A stretch of 64,000 nucleotides of DNA from Phoronis australis (taxonomy: Eukaryota; Animalia; Phoronida): assembly GCA_002633005.1 (NCBI GenBank), contig NMRA01000221.1:530680-594679 (forward strand), given 5' to 3'. Below, piece by piece: positions 38,685 to 51,650 of this stretch. Made by a program: the position numbers and the translations under genes. Every line of letters begins with the position of its first letter. The first letter of the stretch is position 1. The notes beneath the pieces were generated by a model. That model was given only the letters and a program-made list of their open reading frames with translations. It did not search any database and was not told the DNA's origin.

Positions 38685-41600
38685 ATGGAAAGGATATCAG
38701 GTCGAAGATCCGCCACTCCTCTACAAGGTTCAAAAAGTCACAAAGATGACAGTGATTACGAACCATGCCAAATGAGTATAACAGAACACGCAACAGAAAC
38801 ATTTAACTTCCTTTACACGCTTTGGAAAGAGAAGAATCTGTGTGATTTAGTAATCACTTGCGATGGCAAGGAATATTGGGCGCATCGAGTCGCGCTCGCA
38901 CCACATAGTGACTACTTCGCTACCAAATTCAGGGAGCTCAGATCAACCGATGTAGCTCAACTGACTGTGAATGAGACCACTGGAGAAGCGGTTCAGACTA
39001 TTTTAGAGTATATCTACACTGCAAGACTTACTATAACCTCGGATATAGTAGAAGCTGTTCTTAGCTGTGCTGATCAACTCGGGATAGATGTGGTCATAGC
39101 AAAATGCAAGGACACTCTTCTACAGTTCACACCCGAAAACGTCATACCGTGCATCTACGTAGCAGAAAAGTACAACTTGGTAGAAGTGCAGGAAAAAGCT
39201 TACAAATACGTTCTGGAATTTTTCCCAGCAGTTTCAAAAACGAAATCATTTCTAGACAGCAAGCTGTCGAGCTTAATGGTCTTTATGATGGACGACAATC
39301 TTCGAGTTGCAAACGAACTGGAAGTATTTTACATAGCTCTAAGTTGGATTGAGCAAGATCGCGAAGCTCGCGTGGAACACATTGGTGAGCTGATGGGGGG
39401 CGTAAGACTTGGATTGATATCACCGGAAGACTTACACAATCATGTTGAATCAGTGGATTACGTCGCTGATTGCCCGGATGTTGCAGAGATGATGTTCGAA
39501 GCGTATAAGTAAGTTACTTAACTTGCTGGTAACCGTTGATTTTAAAGGGATACTAAACCCTGTTTTGATGATTTCCACCAATCCTTGTGCATCATTGACG
39601 TCAATCTTCCAAGTTAAGGGCAGGAATCAAGTAAAAAGTCATTACTCGGTCCCTATGTCACGAATTGGACATTATGGTGGTGGTCTTGATAGTTGCCATG
39701 TAATTCACTAAAAGCGTAGATCACGCTTGCTCATTCAGCAGACTTTGAAAGGAGTTTTCAATTTTCCTCTAAACTTTTGGGGGGTGTCGAGGGTTACAGA
39801 GTATTATTTTTTCAAAGAACTGGATGGAAAAGTCGATTTTAATATCTGTTAACGCAACAAAACCGAGTTTGTTATCCTTTTAACGGTTTTATACCTTCTA
39901 GGAACCTCCTTGAAGTACCCGTGTTTTAGTTGTGTTTGTATATTATGGTTCTGAATAAACGTTTTCTTTCTTTCTTTCTCCTCACCCCCCTGTCTCCCCT
40001 CCCCCCTCTCTCTCCCTTCCTCTTTCGTTATGCCACTCTATTGAAATACTATAGAACGCTGTTTCGGTGTGTAAAACGGATGTGCCAAAGATATCACCAT
40101 ACATTCTAAACAGCGCTTAGAAACATGCAATGTAGTCCTTTATTAAATGCTATTAATTATTTACAAACGTTGTAGGTATCACGCCCTAAAGCATCTGGCT
40201 GGCGTGGCACCCATGGAAATAGTACCGGCCCAGCGAAAGTGGATTCGCAAGCCTGCCATGGAAAAGGCAAAGTCGTCCTATCTAAAGACTTCGCCGGCGG
40301 AGTTCAGTCCGGTACCAACAACCGAGACTGATGGTTCAGAAGTGGAAAGTATGGCGATGCCAGGTTCGCCAACGACCACAAACATGACACCAATGGATCG
40401 GGGCGACCGCGACTATGAGGGTTACAATAAAGATCACATGCGATCACCAAAGGGACATAACTATGGTTAGCAGCCGTTTACTCCAAAGAGCAAATTCCGA
40501 AATAATGAAAAGTAGAAAACTGATTACACTGTATCGTTAACTTTAACATATCCTTGTCAAAGACACTCGAGATTACACGGGCACAATACGTGTTCACGGT
40601 TGTCTCGTGTTAAACTCAAGTTTTAAAACGAGTGGTCTAACTGCTTATTTCACTCAGTGCTTTTTAGTTGACAGATTTCAGTCTTTCAAATCTTCGGAAA
40701 ATAAGTTGCAGCTAGTAGTACCGCAGTTGACTATGCCGTTAGCCAAAACTTGATACCAGTGGGCGTCTATTAGAAAATTATTCAGCAGATACGCCCAGGG
40801 CATACATTTGGTAAAAATATGGATGGTTGAATCGCAAAACTTTTCCTAAGTTCGCTGGAAATGTACACCAAAACAATACGTTATGTAAATATTCAACCAT
40901 GAACTCCTTTCCTGGTGAAACAGTATTGCCGTCCACGTACAGACGTCTACTAGAACAAGTTACTCCTAGAACGAGGTTTCTCAAGGTTTGGAGGTAGGCT
41001 GGACGTTGTTTAAACTAGTGCAACTTGTGCCGTTTGTAACAATTTACTCCACCTTATCGAAGTAAGGTAACTTGTTCTGTGCTAACTTGCACCACTTCTA
41101 ATCGCTGTCTGGACGCAAACCAGGGGCAAGCCGGAAGTAATTACCAGCTGCGGTGACATACAGACGGGTCCTCCTTTGAGCGTCGTTTTTGCATCACTTG
41201 TTCATTTTCATGCACACAGCAACAACTTTCGCCTTGCGCTAGTTATCGAATATGTGTGTGTGGACGCTCCACTAAACGTGGGGCGAATTTTACTTGTGCA
41301 CGTTGTTCTAGAGTACGTCTGTGTTTGGACTGGACTAACAATACATTTACCATCATTGTGTATTTACTGCCTTGGTTTCAATTTGCAGTACTGATACACC
41401 CGAGCATTTATTCGCCACTTTCAAATAAGTCACCTTAACGGACGTTTTCCTAATGTATACTCAGGTCTTTTCATCTGAAAACCTCGCTGATGCAATAATT
41501 GAGTTCTGATTTTCGTAAAACAGACACTACGCCAATGAAGGGCAGGGCACCTAGTCGTTCAGCCAGAAGCGAGCAAAGCATGGACAACCGCTCCTATATG

Positions 41601-41740
41601 AGGTCAAGAGCCCGTAGTTCGAGTCCGCCCAGAAAGTCCGGAGGGGTCAGAGAGAGGATGCATTCGCCACAGCACCGCAGTTCGCCGCGGCTGCCAGCAG
41701 AGGTTTGCTGAAACGATCATCATCATCGTCATCGTCATCG

Positions 41741-41777
<37 letters not shown>

Positions 41778-44700
41778 TACCACCATATTCATTCTCATTA
41801 TCATCATCTTCTTCGTCTTCTTGTTCATCATCATCATCATCATCGCTGCTGATATTCTTTTAATACTTTTGAAAAACAAATTGTCTTGATATATACGGAT
41901 CTAGTATCATCTCCCTCTCCCCTCCCTGCCTCTTTCTCAGAACTGCAAATAGTTACTATAAATTACTGCTAGACTCTATTGTGCTTACAGTTACATAACT
42001 ACACCTTTATTTGGTAATTGTTAACTGGGAGCGTCACACCAAATTTCTACTTTAAGTCTTCAGTCACTTTTCATGACTCCAGAGACGGTTATGTCAATGT
42101 GAGTTTGCCTTTATTATTTTCAAATGACATCTCTCCGCTGTTTTAACGGCAAAACAAACTTTTATGCGGATGACACTTCACATTTATATCGAAGTCCTAG
42201 GTTGAACCAGCCGATTTTGTTGTACTATGTAAAGATAATAAACCAAGTTGCACTTTTTGGTGAAAAATGGTGAATGACTTTTCCAAGCTTCTGCGACACC
42301 TGATGTGTGTCTATCTTGAAGCAAACAGCGGGACGTTTGAACATTACCTGGCCCCACATATGTGAAAGGATGAATCTAAGTCTACTTCTTCCGTATAAGA
42401 ACAGATGTTCGACTCTTTGAAACACACTCCTTCATACCACGTCAAAACCAGTTTCTCCCTGTCCCGACTCAGCACATCCTCCTTCTCAAAAGTATGACCT
42501 GGTCTTCGCAGTGACCGAACACAACAAAGTCCTAAGTGTTGTGAGGTTGTCTATCTATGTGTGACTACAGATTTGAAAGACGTAATGAAGTGAAATTTCC
42601 TAACCCAGTTCGTACTTGTTTGGGGGCCTCTCCACATACGGGATGGGCTTCCTCGCCAGTACATGGTTGTTCCAGTTGAGAGGTGTCTTGTTTGAAGGTG
42701 TGAAGGAGTGTGTTGTTAAAGACTGGACATCGCAAAAAAGAGTTGGACTGAGATTCAATCTATCAAAAAGATATAGTTCAAAGTTCCTCGCTGTTTGTCT
42801 CAAAATTGACACAACCTGCCAGGTATCGAAGAAGCTTGAAAACTGGCCGACGAAACGTTGCTTTCGATTCGCAAGTAAGTCTTGGGTTAAGCTAATTGTA
42901 TAGACCTATCAACTCCATCCCATAATGTTCACACTCCAAACTCGCCAGCCAATCACTTCAGTGGCCGCCATTTTGTTAGGACAGGCTATTAATCTCCCGA
43001 GCATACTCGCAAAGCGCTCGCTTTTCACTCTCGTGTTTTTGCGAATTAAGTCATGCGTTATCTTGCTTTTCTCGCGAGAAGCCAGTGATATCTTTCGGTA
43101 CCCGCTAATTCAGTCACTGGGTGAGTGATGATAACCATAGAGATATCGGTGTAAAACACGGTTCAGAGTTGTTTTCGCCTCTAATCTGATTGGCATCTCC
43201 TTCCGCCAAATGCACACGCGCGTCCTCTCTCACCCACAGAGTGATTCCAGCCAACCACACGTGCAGCTTAGCGCGGCACCTCACAGCTGCTTCGTGTCTA
43301 ACAAGTATCTGCACCAACAGAAGTACACGCCTCCCACGGTGCTGGTGACGGGTGGCATCAACATGGACCATCTGCGTGAGGAGGACGGCAAGACCGCGCT
43401 GACGCTGAAGAACAAAGGTCGTGTCTGGGAGGACATGCAGACCCTGCCGCTCTCGCTTCATCACCACGCCATGTTCGCTGTAGACAATTTCCTCTACGTC
43501 GTTGGTGAGTATAGTGCTAAACTAGTTACAAAGAGTGTGAATGAGGTTGGTTAAGCCATTTATATCGTGTTATTCTTTTGTCATATTTTGGTGGTATTTG
43601 ATAGCCAACGTGTAAGATTGATTGCTGTCCACCATAACAGACGAAATTACATTGTTTTCGAGTAAGAGATCCAGACTTTCAGTTTGTCTACGGCGACAAA
43701 AAGAGAACAAGTGCTGGCTGCCCATGACGCGGAAACCGCCGCGAGCCAGCTTCCGTGACCGTGGTTGCCAGCACATGGTGCTGCTCTGGACGCATGTCTG
43801 AAGAAAGCCAGCTTCACGTGATTAGCTAACATCTAATATGACAATTTATACTTCAAATAGCACATGTTACCTCATGTGCGCACCCAGCCTAAAAATGGGG
43901 GGACTCGAATTTTTGGAAATGTGCAGTACATTCATTGCTGTGAATTTTGGTAGTTCCTGTCTTTTGTCTCGTTTTCTCGAAATTTGAGTCATTTGAGACA
44001 TGATCAATTGAACGCACCTGGTATGACTTTGATCGCTTTCGACGCGTATGCCAAAATCTATGTAACACAATTTGAATCGGTCGAAGAGGGATCATAGTAA
44101 GATACTCGTCCAATGCATTTCTACTATACTCCCTGCACACGATACGACAATACATCAAGTGCAGCTGATTCTGCACCGTGTACGGCTGCCTTAATCGACA
44201 CATATCAACCCCTGTAGGTGGCTCTGTGTTCATACGCGATCACCCGCAAGCCATTGCTAACCCCACCAACTCGCTGTACAAGTACGACCCGCGCACGCGC
44301 CAGTGGCAGCGTGGGATGCCCATGTATTACAAGCGTATGTACCACTCGGTGGCCGTGGTTAACAAGGTGGCCTACATCATGGGAGGACAAAACGAGCGCG
44401 ATGAGTGAGTTCTGTAGTTCTTTAGAAATGTTATGTCGAAATGTATGGGAGCCTCTAATACGCACTATAATCTGTTCCACAATTTCAGAGTACAAATATA
44501 ATTGAGAGTTGTTAGTGGGTCTATTCACAGAAAGCATTGCAAAGTAAGATTAATTTTCCGGTATGCATATAGGCCTGATTGCATATAGCATGCCTTTAAA
44601 CTTCAGATTAGAACCTTTTAATCAATCGTAAGATATGTGTTCTGTTTTTTTTCGTGGTAAGAACAAGAGTCTAGATTTCGAGATAGCACACAACTTATTC

Positions 44701-47551
44701 TGACCACGTTTGCACAGGCGGCACATCCGTAACATCTCACGTCTCAGTCTAGTGATATTCACCAGAAACGATGTAATATTATCGCAGGTACATTGGCGTT
44801 GTGGAGTGCTTTAACACCAAGAATGGCAAGTGGACCCGTTGCCGAACAATGCCGACGGCGAGGATAGGAATCGCCGTGGAGGCGCTCAACGAAAAGGTGT
44901 ACTGCGTAGGAGGCTTCAATGACACTATGAAGCCCTCAGCCATCGTGGATAGTGTGGACTGCTTCATTCCTTCCGCCAACAAGTAGGTCTGAGTGAGAAT
45001 AATCGGTTCGTGACCTAAAATATTTCTGTCCATGAGATTGTGGGTCAAATGAATATGGCGTATGATTGTAGCAATTGCTGTAAACCAACGGCTGATTTCC
45101 CCGGAAGGTCACTCATACTGACAAAGTGGCCGCAGGCGTGTACCAAACACTGCTGTGAGACCCCCTATTGCGGGTACCAGGTGTGCTAATTCTCACTCGC
45201 TATAGTGATGCCTATTGCGGGTAGGAAGACGGTCAGTGCGCCTTTTGCGGGGCTGATCAGGCCAATGAAGTGAAACTTTGATGGGACGAAATGGAAATTT
45301 AGGAGCCTATTGGACCCCGCGCGGGTCTTGCAACTTGCTGAAAAATACCACCTATTGGCATTTTTGGTACACGCCTGCGGGCACCTTGTCAACAGGAGTG
45401 ACCTCCCGGGCTGATTTCATGATGTTGATACGCTCAATTGATCGGGCTGGATTGCAAAATGCTTTCTTTTGCGAAAATTAACCTTTATTGACAGATGTCG
45501 ACAGTGAAGTTGGAAAATTCATCTCCTTACGAATCTTGAAAGTGACATCAGATTTTTATGCTTTAATTGGCCAAATGATAGCAAACCTGTGAAGTCTGTA
45601 GATGTTGTAAAATTGCTCAACAGGTGGCAGGCAAAGTGCCCGTTGGAAACACCGCGCTGTCACGCGAGTCTCGTGAATGTCAACCAGCGACTCTTCCTGA
45701 TTGGTGGTGTGGCGCGCGTGCCGCACCGGAAGGGGGCGGTTGCCAGCCTTCAGTCTATAGAGATGTATTACGAGAAGCAGGACGTCTGGGAGTACATCAC
45801 CGACATGAGCGTACCCAGACACGACTTCGGCACGTGCTCTGTCGGTGAGTACTCACACTACAAAATCAGTTTTTTTAGCGAGAAACGTTTATAGTTTTTT
45901 TTGAGGGTGCTCTTGTTTCATCTTGCATTTTCTGAACTCGATATATGGACCATTCCTAGGACGCGTGGAAACGTAATGGGGATAATAGACACTCTGCCAG
46001 AGACTAACCACACAGTCTTATATTGCAACACAAACAAAACATTCCATGTAAAGATGGTGTATTAATGAAACATTGAAAACAAGTGGCTGTAATCTTGTGA
46101 CCACGACAAATCACGCTTCTTACCACCGCGGCGGAAGACTGTCATATCTTAAACAAGACAGAAAATAGGAAGCTCGCATTTCTTGTGAACAAACATGTCA
46201 AATGTGAGTGAATTTTTCTCCTGTGACTAACTTGTGATGTTGGTAACGATTTTGATAACACAGGCTATATTCACTTGTTTTTTGTACCGTCTCATCTGTG
46301 GTTGCGGTTAGCTGAGAAGTTTACCAAATCCGTCCAGCTAGAGCATTGGTATTTTATTCACGAAAGCCTTACGGGCATTCCTGAAGGGATCCCAGCTACC
46401 CGTTTATCGATCTCGATTCTCATGTTAGGAGGGTAACGGAAGTATTTTTAAACAATAGTTACAGCAACTGCATTTGTATAGTATCAACCTTTTAAACTTA
46501 TATATGGTCCATTTTCAAGTAAGACAACACGAAGCGGTTTATTGGGCCAAAACAATTATGAGCTCTAGCCCGTCTCTATTACACCCATGCAATACAAGAT
46601 ATGTTAACTATCTGTTTCTAATGGCTCGTGTTTGTAATTAAAGCGACATTAAAACAGTACATTCAGTCAAAATAAATGATACGATCTGGACCACTCATTG
46701 TCATAAAATTGATCTGAGTTTGCTCCGTAGTCAAATTGGGGGCGATTTCAGGCGCTTCAGAGGAAGTGATAGTTCGACATTTCTTCGGACCATGCGGGTC
46801 AACCATGAGCTTGGTCTGAAGAAATGGCGAAGAACTGTCAGTTCTTGCCGAGGTCAGAGGTCACTTCTAAATCTATTAAGGGATAAGGTAAGGTCAGTTT
46901 TACAAGTGGCCTAAACTAAAGTTCGTCTTTGACGGAAAGCACGGACTTCTAATGCTTGCTTGCACCCAGCCTAAAAGTGGGGGTCTAGAATTTTTTAGTT
47001 TGTGGACCTTTTACTAAGATTCACGGGTTACGTTCAGAGCTATGAATTGTGCATTCGCCGAATATTGATTGAATCTGAAATCTAACCATTGCAGAGTTTC
47101 TCGTTGTTATGTTATTTTCAAGTCCTGTTTAAATGAAAATAGCGAATTAATTGCTTAAAATAATCAACACAAAAATAAACAATCGATTCAGGTGAATATA
47201 AAATACGTCTGACATAATTTCGTTGTCTGTGATTAGCAAGTTTACTTCAAAAAGAAAGCGGTGCGAGATCTTTCAGTAAAGCAAAATATCATAGCAATTT
47301 ATGTAAACTTTTTAAAAAGTATCCCTTCTGCTCATGTCTTCCGCTCATTCAAAGTACTTTTGTTTCCTTCGCTGTCTTCAGGATCCAAAATCTACGTGAT
47401 TGGCGGCTACAGCACTGCCCGTAACCAGGCCGAGTCGACGGTCGAGTGTTATGACGTGTCCACTGGCGAATGGGAAAAGGGCATCACGGTCCTGCCCTAC
47501 AGCGCTGTCGGTTTGAAAGCAATCGCTTTCGACAGCTCGGAAGCGGAATAA
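38685..47551 (+). CDS. Kelch-like protein (BTB-BACK-Kelch; Cul3 substrate-adaptor family), 8 coding exons, 776 aa
   Basis: Exons 38685-39508, 40176-40465, 41524-41702, 43240-43504, 44218-44404, 44788-44982, 45624-45844, 47382-47551, all GT-AG and phase-compatible (2331 nt). BTB: LCDLVITCDGKEYWAHRVALAPHSDYF..ILEYIYT; BACK: NELEVFYIALSWIEQD..VRLGLI; kelch GG..Y..W repeats (LYVVGG, AYIMGG, VYCVGG, LFLIGG, IYVIGG). Confidence 0.93.
39546..39879. mobile_element. Kolobok-like MITE in kelch intron 1, copy 1
   Basis: TTAA|AGGGATACTAAACCCTGTTTTG ... CAAAACCGAGTTTGTTATCCTT|TTAA; homologous along its length to 58433-58787. Confidence 0.8.
41716..41843. repeat. (ATC)n microsatellite in kelch intron 3
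   Basis: atcatcatc/gtcatc tract; source of the poly-Met ORF 41604..41879. Confidence 0.9.
42100..42200 (+). mobile_element. Short LINE reverse transcriptase remnant
   Basis: aca aac ttt tat gcg gat gac act tca = TNFYADDTS (YADD catalytic motif); flanks decayed. Confidence 0.45.
45100..45410. mobile_element. MITE with ~50-bp TIRs and perfect 8-bp TSD, in kelch intron 6
   Basis: CTGATTTC|cccggaaggtcactcatactgacaaagtggccgcaggcgtgtaccaaa ... tttggtacacgcctgcgggcaccttgtcaacaggagtgacctcccggg|CTGATTTC. Confidence 0.9.
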
Positions 47552-47810
47552 AGACAAACAAAAACACGCCGAGAAAGTCTACCGAAAATTCAACGGGTTA
47601 CAAAAAAAACTGTAAATGATATTTTTATATATCTTTATTTTGACTTCCTGCTGCAAACATAGATTTGTATACAGTAGATTTTCCATTCAAGAAAGTGCAC
47701 AACCACTATCGATTGATATACAGATATATCTATATAGACTTTACATGGTCAGCGGTATTTTTCTAATAAATAGAACAATGCAACTGAAATGGTTTTGATT
47801 TTCACCAAAG

Positions 47811-47952
47811 CAGTGCTGTAGGGGTAAAATTAGAGGTAAGTAGGCGCCCAAAGCCCACGGTATCACCTTGAGCACTGTACGTAGGCTCTACGGTCAAATG
47901 CCAAAAGTTGGTTGGCTGCGCCTACGTGCGCTTACGCCCCACTACAGCACTG
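47811..47952. mobile_element. hAT-like MITE
   Basis: TIR CAGTGCTGTAG / CTACAGCACTG; degenerate 8-bp TSD caccaaag / catcaagg. Confidence 0.7.
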
Positions 47953-49477
47953 CATCAAGGAAGAAAGTTAGGAAAATGTATTAAGTAGTTGCAATGAATA
48001 TACTCATTGTAAAATGTAATGTTTCACCCCGTGAGCCAAATCCGCCGAGCAAGAAACAGTACTCAAGTTCATACTACACTTTGAATCTACAAAGAAGTTG
48101 CCTTAATTTCAGGTAATTGGTTTTCGTGAATGGACTTGATTTCCGTGAAATTTAGCTACATGTATAATTACTGTTTCAAGTTTGCCCGATAGATCCTAAC
48201 GTGCCTATTAAATTTCACGGCCATAAAAATGATATCGCTCTATTGACAGTTGAAATTAGTATAGGAAGTCATTGACCTATAAAAAGGACATCGCGTTGGA
48301 GTACGTGCTTTCTCGTTTGTGCCATGAATCACACAGGAAGACAGTGTGAATGGTGGCGGAGATACGTTCACACTTTCTGAACATCGCGGCAGCTTCTCGA
48401 GTCGTGTGTTTCAACTAATGCGCGAGTGTAGAGTGTCATGCTTTTGCGTCATGATGAGTAGTCCCAACACGTGACTCGCTCTTTCACTGGGGAAAGTTTC
48501 GTAAGATATCGTTGTGGTAAGTCGAGTTCGACCAGTTTTTGTTTTTCCATTCAATACATACGTGATCACAGTGCTGTTCAAAATTCTAGGCTTGTTTTCC
48601 CAATAGGCTGTTATGGAAAATGTCATGGCTTTTAAAAAATTCAAGAGCTGCTGGGTCGAACGCTTAGCATAACGTCAACTCGCCAAATGCGACTTGACAA
48701 AATTCCTCGGTCGCCAAATGGTAACTGAGGTCGCCAAAACTAACAAGAGAACTTCGTGCCGGGGGAGGGGTGACTGAGGTTGACTACAGGCTGTAAAGAG
48801 TGGGAAACGGAATAAACCAGATATACCTGAAGTGCCGGAAAACCGTCGAGCTTGCAAATGTTCGACGGAAGATTCAAAATCGCCCGGACAGAGTTTTTTG
48901 GTTGCAATTTGTCACAAGTGGCAATGAGTTTAACTGCATGCCGTCCACACAGTCCAATGCGCACGGCTAGGGGCTGCACACGCACAAAATTCATCTCTCG
49001 CATACTTCAATTCCATATCGGCGGACGCAGATTTCCTCCTCTCGCACCACTTTTTCCGTCTCACGAACATATTACTTTGCTCACGGACGGACCAACCCTG
49101 TATGCTCGTGCACGTCATTCCTAACCGATAGATAAGTGAATAGGTGTCGACCTAAAAAATCACTCCATTTCGATCAGTCCCTGTCGAGACCAGCAGTTCG
49201 AGCGACGTGTTTGTCCGTGTGCGGGTCATGGCATCGATTGCCTTGATGAATAATGGAGACACCAAAACTACATTTTTTGTGTTACTGAATAATTTCGAAG
49301 ACAGTTCTTTTTAATCGCTCAATACAATAGCTAAAATTGACCAATGAACCCGTCAATCAGGCAATCAGACCTTCGGTGGACAAGCGTTCAGCGCCACCTA
49401 CAGGTCCCATGTAATGCGGACGAGAGGTTTCAACTTACTGGTATTAATAGCGTTTTATCACCTTTCGTGTTATAAAA

Positions 49478-49600
49478 ATGCCGACAAATTTCCACTGTTG
49501 TGCTGAAGGATGTACTTATGGCTTATGGAAAGACGTAAACATTTTGAAATATCAATTGACGAGCAAGGACGTCCGGTTCAATACATTTTCCAGTTGTCCA
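49478..49600 (+). pseudogene. N-terminal THAP-domain remnant (transposon-derived), interrupted by a MITE
   Basis: MPTNFHCCAEGCT....KDVRFNTFS matches the start of a THAP domain (MP..C.A.GC...RFH.FP); the frame then runs into the 49601-49826 insertion. Confidence 0.5.
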
Positions 49601-49826
49601 CATGCGCGCCCCCAGGGGGGGGGCTCGAATTTTTCGGTATGCGGATCTTTTACAGAAAAAAACCAACGGGGACTAAAAAAAGCGGGCCACTAGGTTCAGG
49701 CCTACAAATTGTGGACTTTTGTCTCGTTTACTCGGACTTTTTGTTTCGCTGAGGTGGACCTTTTTGCCCAGTTCGCCAAATTGAAGGGCTCGTTCGAGCT
49801 CCCCGAGTCCCCCAGGTGCGCCCATG
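49601..49826. mobile_element. Short non-autonomous element (CATGCGCGCCCC...GGTGCGCCCATG) with 5-bp TSD
   Basis: Imperfect TIRs; flanks GTCCA / GTGCA. Confidence 0.7.
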
Positions 49827-50214
49827 GTGCAGGTGTGTTTGCGGCAAAGTCAGTGGCTGCCGGTGATAAAGTGGGATAAATTCGATCCCAGCCGGTGTCA
49901 AAAGGCTAAAATAAATTAATACTGAATTTCAATTAATTAAGTATTGGAAGAGGTTGGCAGTGAAATTTATTCCTCTTCTTTTATATTTATGAACCACTAC
50001 GTAGTAATTGAATTCCTGCCACCAAATCTGAGTCGGGATCAATCAAAAATCACTTTCATGCTCTTATTCCTATAGAAAGCGCCAATATGAAAATTGCCCT
50101 ATTGTTACATGATGATCAATACACTGTAATTGTCCAATGGGGAGAAGAACTTGACGTCAGACCACGCGTCAAAATTTGTGAATCATTTATAAAAATAAGT
50201 ATTTGCTTTACATG

Positions 50215-50453
50215 CAGAGGCGGATCTACAGGGGGGGTTCAGGGGGTTTAAACCCCCCCCCCTCGGGACAGGATCAAAAATAAAAACTGGAAAAAATCGC
50301 CAGAAAAACGAAATTAGCTACTAAAAATCCCAAAAAATCTTACACGGGAGGAGGGAAACCCTTTCGCGACCTTCCTTCTCCTCGGCGCTACGCGCCTCGG
50401 ATTCTCTCGAATCCTAACCCCCCCCCCTTACTGAAATCGTAGGTCTGCCACTG
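50215..50453. mobile_element. Short non-autonomous element (CAGAGGCGGATCTAC...GTAGGTCTGCCACTG) with 5-bp TSD
   Basis: Imperfect 15-bp TIRs; ACATG on both sides. Confidence 0.75.
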
Positions 50454-51289
50454 ACATGTAGATTGTAGTCAGGGGCAAGCTCGACACTTATTTGCAAATA
50501 GATACCTGATGAATCACTTTCTTTGCTGTTGTCATATTTCTGCTAAAACCCTCTACGCAATACCCCTAGTGTTCGGATTTATAAAGGCTGTCCAATTTTA
50601 AGCTCCGAGTAAATTTTCTCAGACTTTCTGGAGTCTGTAAGCAGTCATAACGTGGCTAGACTGTATCGCCACGAGTTGGCTCACCATGAACTGTAAACGT
50701 AAGTCTTCTAAAAATCGTTCTACAAAGAAAAAAAAGCGTAAGAAAAGAAGTCTAGTTATGACAAGCTTGACCTTATTATTAATGCGCGTTATGACAAGAT
50801 AGTGCCGTGTGGAGGTAACTAACCGGACCACAATAAGCAGACACACACCAGTAGTGACTTGGTATGAAATAAATGTAGTGTGTACAAAGAATCTGTTTTA
50901 CATGCCTGTAGAGATAGGAGCCTCAAAATTAAGTTTTAATTACCCGGGAAACTGACATTGACTGAAGTTTCAAGGCAAAACATCGCAGAATTGGACAACT
51001 GACATGAAATATTTGATTCAGTAAATCTAATAGCATTTACCGGGTTTGAACAGATGAAGTTTCTTATCTTAACGACTACCATTTGTGAATTGCATCAATA
51101 TAATATAGCCGATAGTGTTTGTTGATTACAAAAACGCACGAAACATCCCAAGAATAGTATTGGTTTTGTATACTGACAAGTGCCTTAAGACTTCAAACAG
51201 AAATTTGATCTTGCGCTCCCCACCACTATGTATAACATTTGATTTAGTCCAGAACAGAAGCACGAACTTTAAAATTAGCGCGTAAGTAA

Positions 51290-51650
51290 ACAATGACATA
51301 TCTATCCAACGTTTCGGTTTATTACCCTGAACCATTCTCAAGGATACAGTTAACAGACTCAAAGCAGGTGACACAGGCAGGGAAGAAACTGTACGGGTAC
51401 ACATCAAAATGCATTGTGAGGGGGAGAGATCAGAAATCAAAACAGCTCAAATGAACCAATGTTTCTCGAGGTAACGCTCGCCAGCTTGATTCAACCATAT
51501 ATGCATAGCCTCCTTTATGAGGAGCCTCAGGGTGGCATTATCCTTGTTTAGGATCTGTACACCCGAGCAATCTGTAGTGTGACCAGTTGTCAACGAATGA
51601 TTGAGAACAGCACTGTGTGCCTTTACAGTGTTCTTTGACTCTGATGCGGG
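51290..51650 (-). mobile_element. Penelope-like element 3' remnant (GIY-YIG endonuclease C-terminus and tail)
   Basis: Minus strand: RIRVKEH (frameshift) SAVLNHSLTTGHTTDCSGVQILNKDNATLRLLIKEAMHI, the typical end of Penelope ORFs, followed by cttgagaatggtt..aaccgaaacgttg. Confidence 0.75.

Noticed and set aside
40778-41476. Possible antisense exon in kelch intron 2 (ttttcag acceptor at ~41475)
   Set aside because: All three minus-strand frames hit stops soon after the acceptor and no coherent peptide results.
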